This document shows, piece by piece, positions 51,305 through 61,980 of a stretch of DNA of 64,000 nt (its first letter is position 1; every line of letters starts with the position of its first letter). Under the pieces are notes generated by a model that saw nothing but the letters and a program-made list of their open reading frames with translations, did not search any database and was not told the DNA's origin. Source of the DNA: Vermamoeba vermiformis (Eukaryota); contig JBEWZL010000276.1 of NCBI GenBank assembly GCA_045837725.1, positions 186,001 to 250,000 of the forward strand, written 5' to 3'. Made by a program: the position numbers and the translations under genes.

Positions 51305-53422
51305 ATGTCATTAGACTTGGCTCGTAAGAAGGTAAGCAAATTTACTTTGGGATAACCCTGCCTTTCAATGTTCCAGCTCGATAAAAAATCCCGATTTAAT
51401 TTAATTACATTATTAAAAATGCATTTATTTTATAGGAAGTGCATTACTATAAGTTCGCTCCGGATTGGACCTCACACTCAAATACAGATCAGTCAAAAAG
51501 CGTGCTATTGAATGCAACTCAGTTACATAGCTTTAAATTAAATATTCCCCATGAATTTCCAAACGAATTAGCAGCACTAATATTCAATGCGCTGGAAACA
51601 AAATCACATCTGACTTGCTTGTCAATCGTAGGAAACTTTCCTGCTGATAGCACTGATGGGCAGCCTGGATTTGCTGATTATTTTTGCAATTTTTTACTCG
51701 CAAGAGGCAATCAATTACAGAAAATTAAATTTCGAAGTACGATGATGAAGATCGAGGTGGTGCAGCACTTGGTTGATATTGCGGCGGACTTCTATGACCT
51801 CGCTACGCATATTAGCACTCAATGGAATGGCTTCTACAAACTATTCAAGCTCTTTATCGCCACCAATCTTAAAACTTTATTCAGCGTGGATTTCGAAAAG
51901 CAACTTGACAGAGCTACGTATAATGGATAGTTTACTATCATCGAATGATATATCTATATTGGCCGATGGCCTATCACAAAACACCTCGCTGACAAAGTTG
52001 GATCTATCGAAAAATCTTGTTGGTGACACGGGAGTGCTGGCACTTGCGACAGCTTTGGAATCGAGTTCTTCACTCACGTGGCTCAATCTATCATCAAATA
52101 AGATAGGAGACGACGGTGCCTTGTCATTGACATTCTTGTTGAAGAAAAACAAAGCGTTGAAACGATTGGACCTGACTGGCAACTTGATCACTCCCGCGGG
52201 TGTGCGTCACTTGGCACTCGCACTGAAATCGAACAAAGGCCTCGCTGAGCTATTTTTAGATTCGCCACATAAACACATCGACAATGGAGCCACAGCTCTC
52301 AGCTCATTAGTGAAGTGGTGTCAGTTCAATTCGTCGCTGAAACGACTCGTGCTGAATAACTTTCAAGTCGACAATTCTGTTGCCCTGCTCGATCTCATTG
52401 AAAAAAACACGTCAATTTCCGCACTCGAGCTGGAACGCATGAAAACAATCAATTTGTCGGCACTGGCGAAAGTACTGCGCAACAACAAAACACTGTTGTC
52501 ACTGAACTTGACCGGCTTTGAGGCCGATGAACATGCCCCCGATGATAACACGCACGAGGAATTTCTGCAATCTTTGGGCCAATCGAACTTGACACGTGTC
52601 AACCTGTCACACACTCGCTTGCACGATAAAGGCTGTGAAATTCTGGCCGCGGCACTGATGCACAACACACGACTGCAGGCATTGAACTTGGCGTGCAATA
52701 AGATTTCCAGCCGCGGAACATCAGCCCTCGCTCAATGCCTAGCTGTCAACAAGACCCTGCTAGAACTGGATCTGTCGGGTAATTCGAGGCAAAGCGATGA
52801 ATTCTTCACGGCGTTATTGGATCAGAATCAAACACTGACAGCATTGCACTTGCGAGAAGCAGAAATCAATGCAAACGGGTGCAAAATTCTCGCGAAGATT
52901 ATTGCCTCGCGACCGAACTTGCACGAGCTTGACATCCGCGGCAACTATCAAGTGCACGTGAATTTCAATAATGTTCCATTAGTCGTTGCGATGCAGCAGA
53001 ACGGATCTATAGTTAAATTACTAGGACTAGACAACAGTCCCGAAGAATTGAACCTGCTCGTTCATGCTGCCCCGCAACTGATGCGCGTGATTCCAAAGAG
53101 CAATGTTAACATGCATCAACTCCCACAGAGCAGCATTCAACGCACTTGGCTCGCTAGGAACAGATTCAAAGCTCAAATAAGCGCACTTAGGGCAGCACAA
53201 GTAGTGCTGTTAGCTCCAGACCGAGGTGATTTGAAGTGCTTGCCGACGGAAATACTCGAGCTGATATTTGGAGCCGTGGCAGGACACGCCTCAATGGCCA
53301 ATGATTTCTTGGTCACTTTTGCAAAACAACGTGAACGATTGAAATATGAACGAGAACTGGCCAACAAAGTGGACTTTCTTCGCGGCTACTTGCAGTACTT
53401 GCACAGCACGAGAAATCGATGA
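51305..53422 (+). CDS. RNI-like LRR protein with a C-terminal F-box-like motif (frame break near 51775)
   Basis: Many LxxNxxLxxLxLxxNxIGDxG repeats; C-term LKCLPTEILELIFGAV; short first exon MSLDLARKK. Confidence 0.8.
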
Positions 53423-53477
53423 CACAGCGTGGCATTGACATTCCTATTCACATTTATTGTACACGTGCAAGTCACTT

Positions 53478-54528
53478 CTATTTCTTGCACCGTTGGCACG
53501 AGAGCTGAGTGCCCGCGAGATACACATCGCTGTGCACGAGTGAGGTGCGGCATTTGTAGCACGCGAAACACTTGGCGTGGTAGTGATTGCCATTGGCTTC
53601 CATACTGCAATAAAAATGTCAACATGGCTCATCACTTCATATCAACTGGACGTACCAATCACCCACGAGATGATCGCGACAGGCGTGACACACAGGCTTG
53701 CTCTTCACTTGCGTCTCAGTGCCGCACGACGAACACAACAACTGACCGTTCAATTGAATGTAGCGCGATGTTGACATGTTCACGTGACACCTGTCAACCA
53801 GACATTAGATATTACTTAAATAGGCATAATAAACTTGTGCGTACTTGGCACAGTTGAAACAATCACCGTGAAATTTCAATCCACCAGCAGCTTGAATTAA
53901 TTGGCCGGAAGTGATTGACCTGTGACACGCGTGACATTGTTGATATTGAATGCTATTAGAGGGTGACGCCGCTGGTCTGTTAGGCGACGTTGTAACAGTA
54001 GGTGCGGGCCTGACTGGTGACGTCTTAGTTGTAGGACTACGAGCAGCTATAGTGCTGGGCTTAGTGACTGTATTTATAGGGGTGCGAGGGGGTGTAGCAA
54101 CAACAGAAGTGTTAGATTTGGGTGCTAGTGGTGTTGTAGGGGCTGAAGCCTTATGAAAAGGACTATTTTTAACTGGTGATATTCTTTCATTCACAACCGT
54201 GCCATTTGATTTCAATGGTGAAGGACGTGTGCTGTTAGAGAAGTCAGATTCAGGTCAAATCCGAAATTTTTAATCTTTAACTTACGGAGACTTTTGATTT
54301 GTAATATTTTCATTTCCTGTAGTTCTTGCGGGTGAGTTTTGATGCCTTCGAAAGGTAATATTCTGAGGAGGAACTGATCGACAAAACAATTAGCCTTATC
54401 ACGCCTTTGTATTATTGATTTGTAGCGTTGTTTTACCATAAAATGTGGAATTAAATGAAACAAACATAACACGTGTTGTATAATTGCTTATTTAACAATG
54501 TTTTACCTGAGAATTTGGCACGGTTCAT
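53478..54528 (-). CDS. Two-LIM-domain protein with a Pro/Thr/Ser-rich N-terminus
   Basis: Spliced CHAC..FHGDCFNCAKC..LCSSC and CHAC..YHAKCFACYKC..SCQRC. Confidence 0.9.
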
Positions 54529-54876
54529 TTTGATTTTTTTAACGGCTAGTTTGTTTATGACTTTATGAAGCTCGATTGACTGCAACAACCCGATTAAATA
54601 ATAGGTAATAATAAAATATACGGCAAATTACGAGATAATTTCTCCCGCATTTTTTGTGTACGCGTTCCTTGAAGGAAACACTGGATTCCGATCCGTAAAT
54701 ACGCAGCGGAGCGCTAATTCATTCGTCTGGTTCGTTGGTGAGCTGTAAAGATTGGGTAATTATCACTCATGCCTGGCTTCTTTTGTACAATTCTTGACAT
54801 TGTCAGAAGAACAGATCTGTCAATGCTCGGTAAGAAAACAGTGTTCACGTGTATCTTGGTTGTTTTTATTGCGCTT

Positions 54877-57796
54877 TTAATCTGACAGATCCGCATCTGC
54901 ATCCGAGTCATCAGGACCGTCATCTAAAACAATGTCAGGCACGTCATCATTATCATTGCTAATTTGTTTTGTTGTCACTGAAGTGCTCGTTGTTGTAGCA
55001 GTGTTGACACGTGTCACGCTCGCTGTGGTCACGCTGGTTTGGACCGTGCTCTGTGCCTTGTCAATAGAGATCGAGGCCACGACTTCTTTGGTCTTGATTG
55101 CAGGACTCGACTTCTCTTTAGTCGCGAGGTCGGCCTTGCTTGGTGTTGCCTTCGAGGCCGGGCTCTTGTTGTTGGAACCAAAGCCTCCGAATGTGAATGA
55201 CGGGAGCTGTGCTGATCGTGCCAAGTCCTCGCCGTCAGCAAGATATCCTGTGCACGTGTCAGTCAATCATTCAGTGCCGAATGACAGGGTACTTACCACT
55301 AGGGTCGCGCTGCAGAGTGGGCTTGGGCACGAGAGGAGCGACAGGTGTCAAATCTTGTTCGACTTGCATCTCTTCATCGCTGTCCTCCTCGCTCTCGTTC
55401 ATCGCACGAGGCACGTCAAAAGGATCAGTCATCAACACTTGATCGTGGACTGAGGTCAAGTTGAGGTGTTCGCTCGCGGGAAGGACTGGTGGTGGCAGTG
55501 GAGCGACACGAGGATTGGTCAGACCGTCGATGATTTGCATGGCATATTGACAGTAGTTTTGTACCTGCACGAGACGTAAGACTTACTATCTCATCAATGC
55601 TTGTGATACTTACACTGAAGTTGGCGTCGTTGAGACCGTGCTGGATGAATCGCAAGGCGTACGGCAAGATTGAAGGCTGAGTGGCCTGTGGTGCGATGAC
55701 AGCACCTATCACCACACGATAGAAGGCCAAGCGCAACGGAGCGCTTGAAGCGAAGAACTGTTTGACGGTCTGACTGTGGCCGAGCAGCTGCATGCCGAGT
55801 GTGATGATGGCTTGATCGAGCACCACGCGCTGATCACCCAAATAACTGCCACACTCGCGCATCATGAGTTCGAGTGCTGACAGCGCTGCTTGTCTGACTC
55901 TGAGCGGCACTGAACGAATGAGTGTCACGTCGTGGCGCTGATCGATCACGAGTGTGATTTGTTCCGCGGTCTTGGTTTGCTTTTGTTTCTTCTTCTTCTC
56001 AGCACGTGCACCTTCATTCAAGCTGACGACATTGCCCATCTTGATGGACTGATTCTTGAACTGAATGTCGTTCAACAAATGCGGAATAACTCGCTTGCAC
56101 AGTGTCGTGGCCAAGGTGGGGCCAAACAACACCAACAGATTGCTCAACAGCTCGTATTGTCTCACGCGCAGTGATGTGCCGTGGAGTGGCGCACAGCTGT
56201 ATTAATAAATGATCATTTAGTTGCAGTGCCGCTAGTGTTCATCACTTGCCTTCGCTGCTTGCCGCGCTGTAGACCTTGAATCACGAGCTCAGAGATGATT
56301 TCCAAATATGGTGAAATGACAAACTTGAGGCTGCAAACACAACGATTCAGTCGCTAGTTATTATTAACATTTTCTATTATAGGACGTACTTAATTAAGCA
56401 GGAGCTAATGAATTCAAAGCCAATCAGATGGAATGTTGAAATAGCACGTGCAATGTCCAATTGTGTGAAGAAATTGTCGCCGCTCGGTGTCTAAATATAG
56501 ACGTTAGCCTAATATGGTCATAGTCTACTATAACCCTCATGATCATACCAGCACGCTGCCGTCAATGGAGAACACGCGCAACATCAAATTGAAGACGCGT
56601 CTGAGCGGCAGTTCCACTTCAAATGTGTACTTGTTGGCGCACATCAGTTCAATCACGCGCACTGCACCGCGCACTCGTCGCTCGTAGATCTCAATGTCAA
56701 GCATCCTGGACTCAGCATCTGTCTTCATACGGCCTGTGCGATAGTCAGTGAGACCTACTAGCATATACACAATGTCATATAGTCACGCACCGTATTGTTC
56801 TTGATGATCGACGTCTTCAAGTCCGTTGTACACCGTGTCTAACACCACGTGCACTTGTTCAATCAGCTGCGTCATGAGAGTCTTCCAGGTCTCTTCATTC
56901 TCAGGCAATAATGACAGAGACAATGCTATTTGCTATAATAGGCATAATATTAGTATTATTCTTATTTGGTTAGAGCTGACTTACAGTTAGACACTCTTCG
57001 TCTTGGTGCTCTAACAGACCCAAAAATGTTTGTTGTAATGTCTTTCTAAGAGGTTTAGCGTTCATAGAAATATGAGGGATAAATGAGGCCAATGAGACAA
57101 ACACTTGGCGCTGAGAAGAATAATGTTAGTTGGTGGATCCGATCAGCAAAAAAAAGTTGAAAATATTTGTAAATGATGATCTTGTGCTTACTCTGTTAGG
57201 ATATGTCTCCAATGATACTAATAATGCCTGAATAAATTTGCCAAGATGATTCTTGTGTATTTCTCTTCGCAGATCTGAAAACTCTAAGCTTCTCAATATA
57301 AACGTCGTTGCTGCGACTACTGCGGAATCAAACACTGAAGATACATCATTTTGCTAGGAAAAATAACAATCAGTAAAAATGGCGTTACTGAATCCGATCG
57401 GATTGCGATCTGGATCTAGAAATCAAAAATAAATTAACAAAAAATCGCCAAGCTTACCTTAACTACTTCCAATAATTCAGAGGCCCAAAAATCAAAATGA
57501 GATGTAAATATATCATGTGTAGAAATTGCTAGGGTCTCGTGCAAGAGAACGAATCCGGTTGACTTGAGCTGATCTTGTTTAGAGTTCAATAAGGAGTTGA
57601 TGGCTGCAATCCACTTCTTAAATATATTTTGAGACTGCTTCGCGGTCTTGGACAACTCATCTTCGCTGTCACGCACGCATCCAGTCAACAGTCGGTGTTC
57701 TTGGAGCAGATCGAGCACTGTAGGGAGCTTCTTGACTACGAGCACTTCGTTTGATACGATATCGTTAATAATACTCTTCAATAACTGGGCCTCCAT
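54877..57796 (-). CDS. PELP1: PELP1/Rix1 pre-60S factor
   Basis: KWIAAINSLLNSK...GFVLLHETL (Rix1 N-domain), ILPYALRF, IIDGLTNPRVAPL, acidic end VPDIVLDDGPDDSD. Contains a GC-AG intron at 56197-56249. Confidence 0.8.
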
Positions 57797-58039
57797 GTTT
57801 ACCGGATCTGTTTGGAATAAAAATATGATTTTATTTCCCGTGCTAAATTTATCACAACGCCATCAACACTAATTATATATAGCAGTATTAAATAATACAC
57901 TGTATATCTTATGGAACGAGGTGCGTTTAGTGACACTTTTGCTATTCTCCGTAGCGATCCGAATCGATTTGATTTTCAAAGAGCAATTTAATTATAAATA
58001 ATTTGTATAAATATAATGTAGTATTAATATGTATTTGCA

Positions 58040-59305
58040 ATGATAGGAAACAGTAATAATTCGGATGCTGAAAATCAACCACGGCAAGGCATTTCATTAC
58101 TAGGCCGTACTCTGTTAGCCACAATAATCACTCGTGCACTACTGGAGCGCGATCATGATTTAGCACGAGAATTTTTTTCAATCCGCGAAGGAGGTGAGGA
58201 TGAAAATGAAGACGAAGAGGAGGACGAAGAAAATCCGCACCAAACGCTGTTTGTTCGACGAATTAGAGCCACAGAGGTCCGTGCATAATTGCAATATACT
58301 AATTTTTATTTATACCGGCCGTTGCTACTGTACAACCGAGGCTAAGATTTAAATTTGATAGGAATCGAACGAAGATCAGGACGACGATTCAGAAGAGAGC
58401 GATGAGGGCTATCCATCCGAGCTAGATTATGACTGTGGTGCGTATATATTACACGCGTACACTATACTTCGTTAGGCCTGATTAACACTCTGGTTTTCTC
58501 GTCAGATCTCAGCGACATAGCATTAGCAACGTACGGACAAATAGGAAATCGAATATATCAATCACTATCGCGAGGTCAGTACATAATTGCAATACATTGC
58601 CTGTAATAAGTGCTGAATTCGTATTTAATTCAGAAAAATTGTTATCCTCGCCCTTTCCCCTCAAACAGCTGCCTGAAAAACTGCTTGAATTCTTTTTAAT
58701 TAACATCACGTGCCAAGAGAATACCAATTTTGTAAATATCAATCGATTTATGGCCTGCTTACCGAGTTTAGACGAGTTACGAGTAAGTCGATAGCGGATC
58801 CTGTTTGGAACTAGTTCAAAACCGATGCTAACCGGCCAACAGGAGTTTGTGCAGCTGAAGACACGTCCTAGTGTTAAAGAAGTCATATTGATGCGCTTAG
58901 TACTCGATTTCTACGACATGTACACTGCTCTCTTTGATCGCCCGCCACACAAGGTAAATACTGATTAGTTTTGGCTTGGTGATCTCTGACTAATCTGTAT
59001 TTAGGAGTATACCTTCAAAGTACTGCCACTTTTGATCAGCTTCTACTCAAATATCTCAGATTTAACGTTTAAATCGATGAGAATTGAATTTCGAAAATTA
59101 TTGGTCAGATCCAAAGCTGGTAAGTTCATAAAATAGCAGAGTGCTCGAAGTAATACTAAATTAATGTACGTCGATAGATACGTCTCTGAAGAAAATATTT
59201 TGGCAATTACCAGATAAGAAAGCATATTTAACAAAATATAGAAATATTCAACGAGATCTGACCAATCTGAACGAGGGTATCGCCCCCAATTCCTTCATTG
59301 TATAG
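58040..59305 (+). CDS. Hypothetical protein with an acidic N-terminus and an F-box-like start (FPLKQLPEKLL)
   Basis: Exons splice in frame with GT-AG introns through to TAG 59303-59305; no firm family match. Confidence 0.6.
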
Positions 59306-59523
59306 GCACCACACCTACTTGTAAATAAATACCAGCGAATCAGCTATTGCGAGACGTGCACGTCCTGGACTTGGATGCGACGAAGAAACCCACATCCAAC
59401 AATAGCACGCGAAACATAACAAGGAGATGCGTGCTCGAGCTCTGCGTATGATTGGGAATGACAGCTGAAACTTCTCCGAGAGAATTTGACCGCGCAGCTA
59501 CTAGCCGTTACAAAGTTTTTGTT

Positions 59524-59555
59524 TTTCCCGCGCTCGAATTTTTAAATAATTTGAA
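59524..59555 (+). promoter_or_regulatory. E2F-like site (TTTCCCGC) and CHR-like element (TTTGAA) upstream of Cks1
   Basis: TTTCCCGC at 59524-59531 and TTTGAA at 59550-59555, about 50-80 nt before the ATG of a cell-cycle gene. Confidence 0.35.
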
Positions 59556-59602
59556 AGCAAAACTGATTCAGTAGAGTTTTTTCAGCCACACGTAATACCA
59601 CG

Positions 59603-59932
59603 ATGCCACAAACTAACATTATTTATTCTGACAAATATAACGACGAGGTATATGAATACAGGTAAGCTAGTTGACCAAGTGTGTTGTTGAAAACAGATTG
59701 GAATCTGAATGCGCTTTTATTTAGACACGTAATTCTGCCACAAGAACTCGCAAAGAAATTGCCCAAGAACAGATTACTGTCAGAAGAAGAGTGGCGAGGC
59801 CTCGGCGTGCAGCAATCTCGTGGTTGGGTGCATTACGCCGTGCACAAACCTGAGCCCCACATCTTGCTCTTCAGAAGACCCGTTGAAATTGGCATTCAAC
59901 AAGCAAGATTACAACAACAACAATCATCGTAA
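59603..59932 (+). CDS. CKS1: Cyclin-dependent kinase regulatory subunit
   Basis: [53 protein letters not shown]. Confidence 0.97.
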
Positions 59933-60066
59933 ATTAAATTGTGTATTCGTTAAGTCGAACGCTCAATATGTACAAATGTAAAATTTATTTTTTTGCCTCC
60001 AAAGATCGATCTATTTTTGTTTGGTTTTAAATATTTACAACACTACTATTTACATAAAGCACTCGT

Positions 60067-60820
60067 TTAACTAATACGGAAGGTCAGGTTAATACGTGGT
60101 TCGGTCACTTTGGGCTGTTTGGGCACGGCATGCTTGTAATACTTCTGCGTGATGCCATCCATCACGACCAAATTGCCCGAGGTTAAGTTAAATTCATATT
60201 TTTCTTCGTTCTGTCTATGTTTTATAACGAACTTGCGCGTGGCGCCAAGCGATAGTGATGCAATCACTCCCTTGCCCTTAAATTTAATTATTTAACAACG
60301 GATCTACTAATAATTTTTTAAAAGAGGAATTAAATACCTTCGGAATTGCCTCTCGATCAGCGTGGAAGCCAATGTAGTCATTTCCGTTTCGGTAAAGGTT
60401 AAATAACAAATAGTCGAACTTGCAATTCAATAATTTCTCTAATCTAGTTTTAATTTCTTTTATATCTTCTCTCCATGGCGTCGCTTTTGTTTTTAAATAA
60501 ACATCCGCGTCGACACCATTTTCACTCATCCAGCACTGCATTCGCGGTGACTTTAGCACCTTGCCATACATTTTTATGTCAGATTGCTGCCAAGTTAATT
60601 CGTTGTACAATTTATCAAACAAAGTTTGAGCTTCTTCTTTGCTCAAAAAGTTATCATCATATCGGAATACACCTCCTGCTTTTAGATTGATCGTTGTAAA
60701 CGGATCCACTTCCTTTTTTTCTTCACTTTCTCCAGATTCGGCCTTCACTTTCTTTAGTGGTCGCTCATCAACATTATTATCATCCTCTCTTAATCTCTTA
60801 ACTTGATTTGTGTTGTTCAT
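60067..60820 (-). CDS. AlkB-family 2OG-Fe(II) dioxygenase (ALKBH2/3-like)
   Basis: NLYRNGNDYIGFHADRE, IASLSLGATRKF, YKHAVPK, RINLTFR; one intron. Confidence 0.93.
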
Positions 60821-61193
60821 CTTCAAATCTATTCAATAATGACTTTTTTTCATCGTGCGGAAGATATTCTCGCCGCAACGAAAAATTCTTCACTTTTCGG
60901 AGGACACGTGCTCGAGTGATAAATTCGCAGAACTCGAGAATACTCGCCAACTAAGCCATACGCAAAGATCAATAACTGTAATGAATAGTTGTTGAGTTAT
61001 CTTGCTTCGTTCTGCGGAAGGTCGTCCGATCTGACACAACAGGCGCGTGCCTGGTTATTGGTACGTTAACGCCTTTCTCGTGCACAGCTTTGGTATAGAA
61101 GAACACAGCTTTGATATTTAAGAAAGTATCGGGCAGTGTCAGAGCAAGGCTCAAATCTCAAACAACAATTTTTTCACAGCGAATCATTTTTCG

Positions 61194-61788
61194 ATGTCAG
61201 CTGACTCACTTCACCACCAGTTGCAACGCTTGGTAAGTTACCGGATTGTATTGAATATTATTGTTATTTAACCGCATGCTGTAATCATGCTCCACAGACG
61301 CATCCTGAGGAAAAATTCCGCGTCAAAAAAAATTAAATTTCGGTTTGAAAAATTATAAAATTATTTATAATAATTTGCTGATGCTCCTGATGGTAATATA
61401 TATGCAATATATTTACAGATGTCGATTTTAGGGCTTTAAACACATTCCTGGACGAGAACAATTACACATGAGCAAAAGTCTGAATTTGAACGCTTTAAAC
61501 AACGCCGAAGTCACCTCTTACGATAAGGAGGTTAGCATCTTCGAGAACGTCGACTTGGTAATTCAATTACCCGATGGAAACAAGCACGAGATGCAGTACC
61601 CGATCGGCGAGTCCTTAGCCACTGTGAAGAAGAGAGTTTGCGACGAATTCGGCTTCGCTTTCGACGACATTGCATTGTTCCTCAACGGCGATTCTTTCTT
61701 GATGGATCCTCTTTCATTGAACGACGTTCCCGCTATTGTTCAAGGTAAAGGCAGCAAGATCTTGATTGTTGTCAAGAAGCGAGAGTAA
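61194..61788 (+). CDS. Small ubiquitin-like-fold protein
   Basis: Exon 1 MSADSLHHQLQRL splices (acceptor 61430-61431) into ...VIQLPDG..IGESLATVKKRV..LFLNG..LMDPLSLND. Confidence 0.7.
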
Positions 61789-61980
61789 ATATCACGCTTG
61801 GATAATCCACAACACCTTTGTATTGTATATTGCACGATAACGAAGCTGATAAAGCACAATTTAATTTATAATCTCGATTTCAATCTCGCTAGATCTAGCT
61901 TCTTCGTAGGTGTAACAAATCATGCACAACTTCCAAGATGCTATCGGTATCATAGATCGTTTATTTAACCAAATTTACAT

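Noticed and set aside
61194-61439. Spliced uORF ahead of the ubiquitin-like gene
   Set aside because: The acceptor at 61430-61431 joins exon 1 in frame to the main ORF, a simpler single-gene model.
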